A stretch of DNA of 60,668 nt from Acidimicrobiia bacterium (GCA_041619515.1 JBFKDW010000008.1:1-60668), one strand, 5' to 3'; shown: positions 36,232 to 45,512, numbered from the stretch's first letter. Numbers and translations are program-made. The notes: generated from the letters alone by a model not told the origin.

Positions 36232-38190
36232 CTAGAACGCCGCCCAGCCGGTTTCGGCCAGGGTCGCCAGGTCGGAGCCGGAGACACCGAGATCGGAGAT
36301 GGTATAGACGGTGCCGCCCACCACGACCGAGCGGCGAATCTGGCCGGCCCAGGAGTTGCCCGGGTTACTCGAATGAACGATCCGTCCGAGCTCCTGGATC
36401 CCGCCCGCTCGGTCGAGCTCGAACCCGAAGGCCCCGACGAAGTAGTCGTCCTTTCCAGTTCGCTCATCCCATCCCCACCGCTGGACGGGTATCACCGCCG
36501 TCGCCGTCGGCTCCCAATACAGGAACGCCCGATGGTCGAACTCGACGTCGCTGTACCCGTCTTTCATCGTGTATTGATGAATCCGGGTCGGGTTTTCCAG
36601 ATCGGACACGTCGAAGATCGACAACTGGGTCCCAGTCGTCCAGCCTTCCTGGGTCGCGTCCTGTCCAACGCCGAGCAGCAGGCCGTCCCCCAGCGGGTGG
36701 AGGTAGGCCGAGTAGCCGAGGATCTTCAGCTCACCGGTCACCGTCGGGTTGGTGGGATCGGAGAGGTCGATTGTGTAGAGAGGGTCGGTCTGGCGGAACG
36801 TGACGACGTAGCCGACGTCGCCCATGAAGCGCACCGAGAAGATCCTCTCCCCCTTGCCGAGACCGCCAACCGAGCCGACTATCTCGAGCTCACCGCCGCC
36901 GTCTGCCAGCACGGTGACGAAGCTCTCAGAGGTCCGCTCGCCACGACCCCACCACGGTGCTTGATTGGTCGTCGCCACCCGCAGATAGCCGTTGTGCTCG
37001 GACATCGAGAACTGGTTGAGGAGGAAGCCGTCGACCTTCCCGCTCGCACGGTAGATGGTGGCGTTCGGGTCGGAGATATCGAACTTGTGGATCTCGGTGT
37101 ACTCACCCGAGACCCGGGCCTCTATCTCGTCGTCGGCCAGCTCGCTCCAATCGACCCATTGGCGGCTGGCAACGTAGAGGCTGTCGGTCGAGGCGTAGAC
37201 CGTGTCGCCGTCGGCGAGCACGCCCACCGCATCGGGCTCGAGCCCATCGGACAAGTCGACCGTAACCACTGTGAGCATCCCGAGCCCGGCGAACTCCTGG
37301 GGCCGGTAGGCATCGTCGCAGGCGACGAGGAGCCCTTCGCTGACCGCCCCACCGGCCTCCTCGAGGACGTAGTAGGGGATCCAGTTTTCCAAAGTCGATG
37401 CGTCGATGATGTCCCGGTTGGCATTCTTGGCCTTGATTTCGGCGAGCAGGCCACCGCCCTCTGGATGACGCCACTGGAAGCCGGTCGGGTGCGCGCGTAT
37501 GACGATGCGAGCAACATCCCCGGTCATGCGAGCGCTGACGTAGCCACCATCGAGGTGGAGCGTCCGCTCTATCCGGATGTCGAATGGGTCGCTCACGTCG
37601 ATCTCGGTGAGAACCGAAACCGGGGTGGATGGGTAGTAGTCGGGGGCAACGATGCCGGCCTCCGGTGCGAAGCCCCGCCCGCCGTACTGAGTGGACAGCA
37701 CGATGATGCGGTCGCCCGCCAGCAGAATCTCTCCCCACCCACTCTCCAGCACCAGGCGATCTGTGATGACCGGTTGGCCGGTGACGTCGACGACATAGAG
37801 GGTGCCGTTGGCAATGGCGTAGATGAAGTCGCCGTCGGTCTTGACGATATCCGGTTCGTCGACACCGGCTTCTTGAACGTTGGTCGTCGAGTAGTCCACT
37901 CCCGCCTGGAGCCCTGTGCCTGCGCCGGCCGAGGCCGTAGTAACTGGGCCGACGGCGTCGCCTTCCAGCGCCACCATGTCACCGCCGAACCAGACGGGTC
38001 CGTGCCAGTCTCCCTCCAACCCATAGGCAGTGACGATCCGCTTCGCCTCTGTCTTCACATGGGTGAGATAGTCCTCACATGCATCGAAGCGCACCAAACC
38101 GGCGGCGAAGGCGGGAACGCCGGTGCCGACCCCGAGCGGCGCGCAGGCGGTGAGCAACATTGCGAAGGCAGCGAACAGTGCACGTTTCAT
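36232..38190 (-). CDS. Beta-propeller domain lipoprotein
   Basis: Lipobox LTAC; TTNVQEAGVDEPDIVKTDG, FRQTDPL and GELKI.GYS.YLHP. Confidence 0.9.
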   Translation of the reverse strand: MKRALFAAFAMLLTACAPLGVGTGVPAFAAGLVRFDACEDYLTHVKTEAKRIVTAYGLEGDWHGPVWFGGDMVALEGDAVGPVTTASAGAGTGLQAGVDYSTTNVQEAGVDEPDIVKTDGDFIYAIANGTLYVVDVTGQPVITDRLVLESGWGEILLAGDRIIVLSTQYGGRGFAPEAGIVAPDYYPSTPVSVLTEIDVSDPFDIRIERTLHLDGGYVSARMTGDVARIVIRAHPTGFQWRHPEGGGLLAEIKAKNANRDIIDASTLENWIPYYVLEEAGGAVSEGLLVACDDAYRPQEFAGLGMLTVVTVDLSDGLEPDAVGVLADGDTVYASTDSLYVASRQWVDWSELADDEIEARVSGEYTEIHKFDISDPNATIYRASGKVDGFLLNQFSMSEHNGYLRVATTNQAPWWGRGERTSESFVTVLADGGGELEIVGSVGGLGKGERIFSVRFMGDVGYVVTFRQTDPLYTIDLSDPTNPTVTGELKILGYSAYLHPLGDGLLLGVGQDATQEGWTTGTQLSIFDVSDLENPTRIHQYTMKDGYSDVEFDHRAFLYWEPTATAVIPVQRWGWDERTGKDDYFVGAFGFELDRAGGIQELGRIVHSSNPGNSWAGQIRRSVVVGGTVYTISDLGVSGSDLATLAETGWAAF

Positions 38191-38227
38191 GGTGATAACC
38201 CCGTTTGTGTTTTGGTCTCGAGCCTGT

Positions 38228-38255
38228 GACGGCCACCGGGGGCGGTGAGGTTCCC
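38228..38255 (-). promoter_or_regulatory. ECF-type promoter candidate
   Basis: GGAACC-N17-CGTC, about 38 nt upstream of the lipoprotein ATG. Confidence 0.5.
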
Positions 38256-38291
38256 CACAGAACGCGAAAACCTGGTCTCAGGGCACCGTCG

Positions 38292-38573
38292 ATGCTCAAG
38301 GCCGCGTCGGCCCGGTCCGATCTTCCGTTCATGCGTGAACGTGCCCGGCGGCGCATGGACCGCCTCGATCGGGCCGGAGGCCGGATCGTGGCCCGGTTTT
38401 GGGGAACGGTGCTGCTGGCCGGGGTGGTCGTGGTCGCGATCCCGATGCTGGTGGGCTTGGCCGCAACCGGATCCTGGGCCGGAGCCCTCGTGGTCACGTC
38501 TCTTTCGATCCCGCCGCTGGCACTTGTTCGATATCTGTTCTCGCCTTCGCGTCGGCTCAGCGAGATCGAGTGA
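38292..38573 (+). CDS. Small 2-TM hypothetical protein
   Basis: Hydrophobic hairpin filling an intergenic gap; start uncertain. Confidence 0.45.
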   Translation: MLKAASARSDLPFMRERARRRMDRLDRAGGRIVARFWGTVLLAGVVVVAIPMLVGLAATGSWAGALVVTSLSIPPLALVRYLFSPSRRLSEIE

Positions 38574-38583
38574 TCCCGAGGCC

Positions 38584-39606
38584 CTAGGCCAGCAACAGCC
38601 CTTCGTCGTGCAAGGCCGAGCGGAGCGTCTCAACCTCGCCGGGACGAACCGAAAGCGTGAGGATGCCTCCGCCTCCATAGGTGGCATGACGGAGCTGAAG
38701 ATCGCGCACGTCCACTTTGCTTCGCTCGAGGGCGCGGCCCACCTTGGCCAGCTCACCGGGCTGGTCGGCAAGGGCTACCGCCACACCCACGGCGGGGGGC
38801 GCCATCGCCCGACGGACGGCGCTGGCGGTGTGCAACGTGTCTCCGACCACGTCCAGCTCGCTGCTTCGAAGGGCGGTCGCCCACCGGTGCAGTCTGGCCG
38901 CGTAGGCCTCGATGACCGCCGCCAGCGGCCCCCCGTTCCTCACGAGCAGCTCCGTCCACCACCCGGGGCTGGACGCCGCCACCCTCGTGAGATCACGGAA
39001 TGATCCGGAGGCCAGACCGAGGCCGGCCGGGTGCTCGGCTGCCTCGCCGACGAGAGCCGCCGCCAGCACCTGGGGCAGGTGGCTGATCACCGCCACGGCA
39101 TCGTCGTGCTCGGCTGCGGTCATCCGAATGGGGCTGGCCCCGAGCTGGGCAACGAGGTTCTCGAGGGCGCCGAGATCAGCTTCGTCGGCGTGATCGGTGA
39201 TCACCACCCAGGCGGCGCCTCGAAACAGCGACGGCGAGGCGGCAGCCGGGCCCGACACCTCCCGCCCGGCCATCGGGTGGCTGGAGACGAAATGCTCGAG
39301 TCTCCGGCCGGGCTCGACGATGCCGGCCTTGACTCCGGCAACATCGGTAACCAGGGCGTCGGTGTCCAGTTTGCCGAGCAGTTCGGGAACGCTGGAAGGC
39401 GGGCCGGCCAAAACGACGAAGTCCGCTCCCGCCACCGCCTGGGCGGCATTATCGGCGAGCTCGTCGAATGAGCCGAGCTGCTCGACGGCTTCGATCACGA
39501 CACGATCCGGGTCCCAGCCGACGGTATCCCAGCCGGCATCGGACAGGCCGAGCGCTACCGAGGTGCCGATGAGCCCCGTCCCGAGGACGGCAACCCGGCT
39601 GCTCAC
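38584..39606 (-). CDS. tyrA: Prephenate dehydrogenase with C-terminal ACT domain
   Basis: GTGLIG, DVAGVK, HPMAGRE, HD..VA.ISHLP, FRDLTRVA and DQPGEL. Confidence 0.93.
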   Translation of the reverse strand: MSSRVAVLGTGLIGTSVALGLSDAGWDTVGWDPDRVVIEAVEQLGSFDELADNAAQAVAGADFVVLAGPPSSVPELLGKLDTDALVTDVAGVKAGIVEPGRRLEHFVSSHPMAGREVSGPAAASPSLFRGAAWVVITDHADEADLGALENLVAQLGASPIRMTAAEHDDAVAVISHLPQVLAAALVGEAAEHPAGLGLASGSFRDLTRVAASSPGWWTELLVRNGGPLAAVIEAYAARLHRWATALRSSELDVVGDTLHTASAVRRAMAPPAVGVAVALADQPGELAKVGRALERSKVDVRDLQLRHATYGGGGILTLSVRPGEVETLRSALHDEGLLLA

Positions 39607-40616
39607 ATGCTCACCCCGACGGCGCTCCCAATCTTGCGCAGCTCGTCCATCAGCTCGGCAAAGTCCTCCGGAAGCAACGCCTGGGCGCCGTCGACACTGG
39701 CGGTCTCGGGAGCAGGATGGACGTCGATGAGCAGACCGTCGGCCCCGATGGCGACGGCCGCCTTGGCAAGGGGCGCCACCAGGTATCTGTGCCCGCCCGA
39801 GTGGGATGGATCCACGATGACGGGAAGGTGGGACAGTCGTTTGACGACTGCTACGGCGGAGATGTCGAGTGTGTTGCGGGTGGAGGGCTCGTAGGTGCGG
39901 ATGCCCCGCTCACACATGATGATGTCGTGGTTGCCCTCCTTGTAGATGTACTCGGCCGCATTGAGCCATTCATCGACGGTGGCGGTGAACCCCCGCTTGA
40001 GCAGCACCGGCTTGTCCTGGCGGCCGATCTCCCGCAGCAGGGTGAAGTTGGCCATGTTGCGAGTCCCCACCCTGATGAGGTCGGCATACTCGGAGACCAA
40101 CTCGACATCCCTCGGGTCGAGCACCTCGGCGATGAACGGCATCCCATACAGCTCCCTGGCCTCCCGCATGTACCGGAGCCCCTCCTCCCCCAGGCCCTGG
40201 AACGAGTAGGGGGAGGTCCGGGGCTTGAAGGCGTCGCCCCGCAGGATCACCGCTCCGGCCTTCTTGACCGCATCGGCCGAAGCCATGAGCTGCTCGCGCG
40301 TCTCGACCGCGCACGGCCCGGCCATCATCGCGAAATGACCGCCGCCGACCGGTACTCCCCCCACGTCGATGACCGAGTCTGCGGCCTGGAACTCGCGGGA
40401 CACGAACTTGAACTCCTTGAGGACCGGGACGGCTCGCTCGACTCCCCGCATGGCCTCCCACGGGAGTTGCTGAATAACACCCCGATCCCCGACCGCCCCG
40501 ATGACGGTCCGCCTCTGCCCTTGCGAGACATGGGCATCGGCCCCGACCTCCCGCAATCGATCGACGACGGCCTGGATTTGCTCGGCGGTGGCATCGAGAG
40601 CCATCACGATGATCAT
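39603..40616 (-). CDS. aroF: DAHP synthase class I-beta with N-terminal regulatory domain (intact motifs)
   Basis: AGPCAVE, KPRTSPYSFQG, GTRNM.N, CERGIRT and DPSH. Confidence 0.95.
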   Translation of the reverse strand: MIIVMALDATAEQIQAVVDRLREVGADAHVSQGQRRTVIGAVGDRGVIQQLPWEAMRGVERAVPVLKEFKFVSREFQAADSVIDVGGVPVGGGHFAMMAGPCAVETREQLMASADAVKKAGAVILRGDAFKPRTSPYSFQGLGEEGLRYMREARELYGMPFIAEVLDPRDVELVSEYADLIRVGTRNMANFTLLREIGRQDKPVLLKRGFTATVDEWLNAAEYIYKEGNHDIIMCERGIRTYEPSTRNTLDISAVAVVKRLSHLPVIVDPSHSGGHRYLVAPLAKAAVAIGADGLLIDVHPAPETASVDGAQALLPEDFAELMDELRKIGSAVGVSM

Positions 40617-40773
40617 GGAGGGATTCTGGCACCAACAACGCCAAAGCTGAACTGGCAGCCGCGAAACGGCAGGCCCGGCCAATTCGAGGTTCTCGTACCA
40701 AACATCGGGCCGAGCACTGCCCGCCGGCAACTGCTTGCTGTTGCTAGCACTTTGGGCTACAATTGCAATTGAC

Positions 40774-41118
40774 ATGAAGGACCAGGTCACGGAACTCGGC
40801 GAGTTCATTCGAGCCCAACGCGAACGAAGCGCCATCTCGGTTCGCAATTTGGCGGAACGGGCGGGGATCTCAAACCCGTACCTCAGCCAGATCGAGCGCG
40901 GGTTGCGCAAGCCCTCGGCGGAGATCCTCAAAGGGATCGCCAAAGGGCTATCCATCTCGGCAGAGACGCTGTACGTTCGGGCCGGGTTGCTGGAGCATCC
41001 CGACGGGACTCCGTCGGTGGTTGAGGCAATCGATGACGACCCGGCACTGACGGCACGTCAGCGCCAGGCGCTGCTCGAGATCTACCGCAGCTTCCTGGAC
41101 CAGAACGACACAACGTAG
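40774..41118 (+). CDS. XRE-family HTH regulator (Rv0474-like)
   Basis: LGEFIR.QR...S.R.LA..AG.SNPYLSQIERGLRKPSA. Confidence 0.92.
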   Translation: MKDQVTELGEFIRAQRERSAISVRNLAERAGISNPYLSQIERGLRKPSAEILKGIAKGLSISAETLYVRAGLLEHPDGTPSVVEAIDDDPALTARQRQALLEIYRSFLDQNDTT

Positions 41119-41130
41119 GAGGGACCGACA

Positions 41131-41655
41131 ATGGTCACAACCAAGGAAGGCAAGAAGGCGGCGTACGCCCTGATCGGCGCGCCGGTCTGGGCGGCCAAGA
41201 AACTCACGGAGATCACGAGCGACGTTGGTGACGCCACCCGTCGCGAGTTCGACGCATGGGTGAAAGAGGGCGAGAAGCTCGCCAAGAAGCTCGGCGACCG
41301 CAAGATGGTCGAGGAGTTGGGTGAGCGCATGGACTTCGACCAGATCCAGGATCAGGTCGAGAAGCTGCGCGATCAGCTCGAGGGAGTCCTCGGGAGCTGG
41401 CGGGAGAGCTTCCGGGCTGAGACCAAGCCCGCCCCAAAGGCACCGGCCAAGACGGCGGCTGCCAAGAAGCCGGCCACCCGCAAGCCCGCCACCAAGACGG
41501 CGGCTGCCAAGAAGCCGGCCACCCGCAAGCCCGCCACCAAGACGGCGGCTGCCAAGAAGCCGGCCACAAGCAAGCCCGCCACCAAGACGGCGGCTGCCAA
41601 GAAGCCGGCCACCCGCAAGCCCGCCACCAAGAAGACGACTGCCGCAAGCAAGTAG
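41131..41655 (+). CDS. HBHA-like coiled-coil protein with Lys/Pro/Ala-rich tail
   Basis: Follows the Rv0474-like HTH as hbhA does in mycobacteria; basic repeat tail. Confidence 0.7.
   Translation: MVTTKEGKKAAYALIGAPVWAAKKLTEITSDVGDATRREFDAWVKEGEKLAKKLGDRKMVEELGERMDFDQIQDQVEKLRDQLEGVLGSWRESFRAETKPAPKAPAKTAAAKKPATRKPATKTAAAKKPATRKPATKTAAAKKPATSKPATKTAAAKKPATRKPATKKTTAASK
41447..41632 (+). repeat. 45-bp tandem repeat x4 (KTAAAKKPATRKPAT)
   Basis: Units start at 41447, 41492, 41537 and 41582. Confidence 0.95.
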
Positions 41656-41668
41656 CGTCGGCCCGAAT

Positions 41669-41706
41669 CAGCAGGAGAGCGCCCCGGTCGGGGCGCTTTC
41701 TTGTTG
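41669..41706. terminator. Terminator hairpin between convergent genes
   Basis: GAGAGCGCCCCG-gt-CGGGGCGCTTTC followed by TTGTT. Confidence 0.8.
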
Positions 41707-41759
41707 CCGGTAGCCCAATGGCGAGCACTCGTGGTGCCCGCCGCGGCGGCGGGGAACGG

Positions 41760-42164
41760 CTAGTGCGATACCGCGGGCGGGAGCGTCTTGGCGTGCTCGA
41801 CCCAGCGCTTCACCATCACCTCGGTGGGAAGGCGGCGCACCAGGCGCTTCTTGGAGTTGATCTGCGTCATCTTGCCGAGCAGAGATTGAGGATTGCGGTT
41901 GCGCAGCTCCTTTGATGTATCCACGCCGGCCGCTTCCAGCAGGTCGGAATACTCCTCGCCGACGCCCTTCACGCGCATGAGGTCGGCCCGATTCACCCAA
42001 TCGAGAATCTGACGCTCGTTCAATCCGGTGACCGAAGCCAGCTCCCGCCGGCCGGACCGGGTACCGGCTCGTCTCAGGAGCTTCTCCGTGGTCCGGACGC
42101 CCGACTTGCGGAGGGTGCGGGCTTCGGCCCTCTTCATGCCATCGATCGTGTCAATTGAACCCAC
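41760..42164 (-). CDS. DUF4332 (helix-hairpin-helix) protein
   Basis: WVNRADL.RVKGVG..YSDLLEAAGVDT..EL..RNP. Confidence 0.88.
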   Translation of the reverse strand: MGSIDTIDGMKRAEARTLRKSGVRTTEKLLRRAGTRSGRRELASVTGLNERQILDWVNRADLMRVKGVGEEYSDLLEAAGVDTSKELRNRNPQSLLGKMTQINSKKRLVRRLPTEVMVKRWVEHAKTLPPAVSH

Positions 42165-42212
42165 GCGATTCCTTTCTGGTCCTTCCCCCACCGGCAATTT
42201 AGCCACAGCCCC

Positions 42213-42800
42213 TTAGGCCGCGCCAAATCGAGAGAGCACCTCGGAAACGTCAGTGGGCACGCGAATGCGACGGGGAGCTCGATCATCGCGCCTGACCTCG
42301 GTCACCCACTCGGGGTGCGCCAGAGCGATGTCGAGCGGATCCAGCCCGCGGCTCATGAACCGATCCCACTGACTGCGGTCGAGGAGCATCGGGTAGCCCG
42401 GCTCATACCGGTACACCGGCAGCGTGACCGCACCGGCATGGGCTTCCTGCAAGGACCGCAGGTGCTCCTCGGTCACTCCCGGCTGGTTGCCGAGAGCTAT
42501 CAGGGCGGGACGATGAATGCGCACCCGCGAGAGGTAGTCGAGCCCGGTCCGCATCGAAGAACCGACCCCTTGCTCCCAGTCGTAGTTGATGATGAAGACG
42601 GCGGGGCCGGGATCCACCGCGGCGAGGATCTCCTCAGCCCGCCAGCCGAGCACGACGACCAGGGGATTCAGCCACTGTGACATGCGACCGACGAGGACCT
42701 CCAGCAGGGGCCGGCCGGCGGTGTGCACCAGCTGGACGGGCTCGCCGAGTGGTTCGGAAGAACCGGCAGCGAGCAGTATCCCCGCCGCCTCCTTCGTCAC
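42213..42800 (-). CDS. MocA/MobA-like nucleotidyltransferase fold protein (degenerate motifs)
   Basis: ILLAAG.S, N.DW.QG..SS...G and LGNQP. Confidence 0.75.
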   Translation of the reverse strand: MTKEAAGILLAAGSSEPLGEPVQLVHTAGRPLLEVLVGRMSQWLNPLVVVLGWRAEEILAAVDPGPAVFIINYDWEQGVGSSMRTGLDYLSRVRIHRPALIALGNQPGVTEEHLRSLQEAHAGAVTLPVYRYEPGYPMLLDRSQWDRFMSRGLDPLDIALAHPEWVTEVRRDDRAPRRIRVPTDVSEVLSRFGAA

Positions 42801-43255
42801 AGCCGGTCCATCAACGCGGTCACCAGCTGGTCCTGGAGATACGAGAGAAACCCGAGGGCGATCCGCTCGGGATCGTCATCTTCGCCGATCTCCCAACCCG
42901 GCTCGGTGATACCGAGGCGGGCGGCCAGGGCGAGCCGGGTGTCGCCGATCACCGTCAGCCAAGCTTCGGCTTCCTCGAGCGTCAGCACCGCGGCACCGGC
43001 TTCGACGGAGGCTGTGAAGCTGGCACGATCGGCGGCTCTCGCTTCGGCCAGCTGCGTCCCCGAGTATTGCGCCATCTCGTCCTGGGCGGCAGGGTCATCC
43101 GGGTACGCCTCGACGTGCAGCCGGGCATAGGCCGGATCGGCGGGCTCGGCATCGGCTGCTTCCAGGATCGGCACCAGCCCGAGCAAGAACTGCCGCTCGA
43201 GATCGGAGATGAGCACGGCCACGCCCTTGGAGTGGGACTTGAAGGCTCGCCTCAC
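42797..43255 (-). CDS. DUF2017 family protein
   Basis: RL..AYPDD, EA.AWL....D.RLALA.RLGI; typical clpS neighbour. Confidence 0.85.
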   Translation of the reverse strand: MRRAFKSHSKGVAVLISDLERQFLLGLVPILEAADAEPADPAYARLHVEAYPDDPAAQDEMAQYSGTQLAEARAADRASFTASVEAGAAVLTLEEAEAWLTVIGDTRLALAARLGITEPGWEIGEDDDPERIALGFLSYLQDQLVTALMDRL

Positions 43256-43539
43256 GATTGCTCGATGGTGGCCCACAGGCCGTAGTGGTGGAGGCGATGG
43301 CAGTCGAGCTCAGCTTTCTCGCGCGGAGCGGTGATCACCACCGACCTCCCCAGCCGGTGCACCTCGAGCATCTTACGGGTTGCCTTCGCCTTGCTGAATC
43401 CGAACAGGCGGCGGAAGACATATACCACGTACGACATGAGGTTGACCGGGTCGTCCCAAACCACCACGTTCCACTCGCGTGACTCGAGGTCGGATTCATC
43501 GGTGCTCGGCGCGTCGACTTCGAGCGGGGCGGTAGTCAT
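43252..43539 (-). CDS. clpS: ClpS N-degron adaptor
   Basis: VWDDPVNLMSYV, MLEVH..GRSVV and LH.YGLWAT. Confidence 0.95.
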   Translation of the reverse strand: MTTAPLEVDAPSTDESDLESREWNVVVWDDPVNLMSYVVYVFRRLFGFSKAKATRKMLEVHRLGRSVVITAPREKAELDCHRLHHYGLWATIEQS

Positions 43540-43745
43540 CGTGCGGTACTCGCTCCATCGCGCCGCTGGTTGAGGAACTCCTCGAAATCCGTCCTCGCCA
43601 CGCGCCACTCGCGTCCGAACTTGACTGCCGGCATCCCCCCGCTTCGCAACATCCGCGTCACCACGAAGGCGGACACGTCCATGTACTCGCAGATGTCGGC
43701 CACCGACAACCACTCCTTTGACAACTCAACCCGTATCCGCTCCAT
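43536..43745 (-). CDS. Excisionase/MerR-like HTH (HTH_17) protein
   Basis: WLSVADICEYM.VS...V.R..R.G.MPAVKFGREWRV. Confidence 0.85.
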   Translation of the reverse strand: MERIRVELSKEWLSVADICEYMDVSAFVVTRMLRSGGMPAVKFGREWRVARTDFEEFLNQRRDGASTAR

Positions 43746-43793
43746 CGGCATCAGGGTATGGTACGTATCCGACCGCGGCAAGAGGATGGATCG

Positions 43794-44675
43794 ATGGACG
43801 ACACACATGCGCCGTTGATCGAAGACCTCACCCGCCGCCGCGGGGTCGTCCTGCTGCTGGGCGCAGCCGACACCGGCAAGACCACCTTCGCCCGTCAGCT
43901 GCTGGCAGCATCGATCGCGGCCGGGAAACAGGCGGCGTTCGTCGACGCCGACATCGCAGAATCGACGGTCGGCCCGCCGACATGCGTCGGGCTCAAATGG
44001 GTCGGCGACGCGGTGGACCTCGATCAGCTCGAGCGCGCCGACCGCCTTCAATTCGTCGGCTCCATCAAGACCAGCGGCCTCGTCCTTCAGCAAGTGGTGG
44101 CCACCGCGTCACTCGTCGAGCAGGCCCGGGAGGCAGTCGACCTGATCGTGGTAGATACCTCGGATGACATTTCCGGGGTTACCGGCCAGACCCTCAAGTA
44201 CCACAAGACCGAATTGACCCGTCCCGAGGTGGTCGTGGCGTTCCAGCGTGGCGAGGAAATGGCGCCGATCGTCGGCATGCTCCGCCGCTTCTTTGGCGCC
44301 GACGTCGAGGAAGTCGCCGTCTCGCCGAGTATCCGCTCGGCCACCCCGCACGAGCGCAGCGCCGACCGGGCCAAACACTTCGAGGCCGAACTAACCCCTC
44401 CCCTCCAGGCGTGGCGGGTTCGCTCGACCGTCTTCGCTCCCACGCTGCCCGCCGGGCTCGACCCGACCCGGCTCGACGCCATGCTGGTCGGTCTTCAGGA
44501 TGGGGAAGGCTCGACCCTCGGATTGGGCGTCCTGCAAGAGGAGGATGGCATTCTTCGAGTTCTCACGAACCATGGCGAGGGCATGCGCGGCCTGCGCCTC
44601 GGGTCCCTCCGCATCGACCTCTCGAATTTCGCCGTCGAGCCGGTCCGGCTGCGGGAAGTGATGTTCGGGCTGTAG
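43794..44675 (+). CDS. Clp1/Grc3-like polynucleotide 5'-kinase family P-loop protein
   Basis: GAADTGKTT, VDADI.ES.VGPP, VVDT and R..R...F; C-terminal LVGL....G..LGLG. Confidence 0.8.
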   Translation: MDDTHAPLIEDLTRRRGVVLLLGAADTGKTTFARQLLAASIAAGKQAAFVDADIAESTVGPPTCVGLKWVGDAVDLDQLERADRLQFVGSIKTSGLVLQQVVATASLVEQAREAVDLIVVDTSDDISGVTGQTLKYHKTELTRPEVVVAFQRGEEMAPIVGMLRRFFGADVEEVAVSPSIRSATPHERSADRAKHFEAELTPPLQAWRVRSTVFAPTLPAGLDPTRLDAMLVGLQDGEGSTLGLGVLQEEDGILRVLTNHGEGMRGLRLGSLRIDLSNFAVEPVRLREVMFGL

Positions 44676-44770
44676 GGGGATCCATCGACAACGTGCCGGG
44701 AAACCCGCACCCAGGGCAGGTGTCGAGGGCTCGCTGTGGGTGGCGCATCCCGTCCCGCAAGGAGGCGCGC

Positions 44771-44864
44771 AAGAGCCCGAGCAACTTCGGCGATTCCAGG
44801 GCCCCGCACTTCCCCAAACGGGGTCCAGGAACCGCCTTGGCTTCTCGGGCTCTTACCTGCGGAA
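44771..44864. ncRNA. 94-nt imperfect hairpin; putative structured RNA or DNA element
   Basis: AAGAGCCCGAG/CTCGGGCTCTT, GGCG/CGCC and TTCCAGGGCCCCG/CGGGGTCCAGGAA nested around loop CACTTCCCCAAA. Confidence 0.45.
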
Positions 44865-44896
44865 GCTACCGAATCGCCCCCACCGAATCAAGGTGG

Positions 44897-44924
44897 GAAA
44901 ACCCCCATTACTAGGGGGTTTTTC
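44897..44924 (+). terminator. Terminator-like hairpin (possibly bidirectional)
   Basis: AAAACCCCC-attacta-GGGGGTTTTT. Confidence 0.7.
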
Positions 44925-44983
44925 GCAGTTCTTGTGCATGTAACTATGTTTAGATGCGTCTAGATGGCCTACGCGACCGCCGG

Positions 44984-45039
44984 TTGTCCACATATCCACA
45001 CAAATCCACAGGTGGTTGTGCACAACCCCCTGTAGACAA
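44984..45039. promoter_or_regulatory. DnaA-box cluster
   Basis: TTGTCCACA 44984, ATATCCACA 44992, AAATCCACA 45002, palindromic TTGTGCACA(A) 45016, and reverse-strand TTGTCTACA 45031. Confidence 0.75.
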
Positions 45040-45086
45040 GTTTCTTAGGGCATTTTTCGCGCCCGTCCAACGTCATCGAACGGTCC

Positions 45087-45512
45087 TCAATCCCGGCTGA
45101 ATCCGGCCCGTACTACCGATCGAAATCCCAGTTCCACCGCCTCGTACACGACGCCCAGCACCGCATCGAACGCCTCGGGACTCCACTCCGCCAACGACAC
45201 CCGGCCGACGAGAAACACGTCGCCGTCCCGGTCGATACTGAAGTGGGCGCGCCACAAGCCGTGGTTGCGAGAGAGGAGCTGTCGGTAGACCTCCTGATGG
45301 CCGTGCGGCGGATTTGGCAGAACATACGCTTCGAAGCCGACGGTTCGCTCCCCCACCTCGAACCACACCGTCGTGAAGTCACGCACCTGCTGGGCCATCC
45401 GGACCGCCCACCGACCCTCGTACTCCTCGGCGTTGACGACATCTGACGCGTCGTCGGAGACCAGTCGCCTGCTGGCGCTCGTGAGCACCTCCCAGGCGGC
45501 GGATCGGTTCAC
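45087..45512 (-). CDS. YbjN domain protein
   Basis: YV.P.P..GH.EVYR.LL.RN, FSID.DGDVFL.GR; conserved downstream of mshA. Confidence 0.85.
   Translation of the reverse strand: MNRSAAWEVLTSASRRLVSDDASDVVNAEEYEGRWAVRMAQQVRDFTTVWFEVGERTVGFEAYVLPNPPHGHQEVYRQLLSRNHGLWRAHFSIDRDGDVFLVGRVSLAEWSPEAFDAVLGVVYEAVELGFRSVVRAGFSRD

Noticed and set aside
41447..41632. Regular repeats that could suggest a CRISPR array
   Set aside because: Contiguous in-frame coding repeats with no unique spacers and no cas genes.
43536..43745. Excisionase-like gene as a sign of a prophage or ICE
   Set aside because: No integrase, att/tRNA or composition shift; it is coupled to clpS like a resident regulator.
44928..44956. 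Possible dif site (…GTGCATGTAACTATGTTTAGA)
   Set aside because: CAT-to-ATG spacing is 6 nt rather than the 10 nt of dif, and both arms match poorly.
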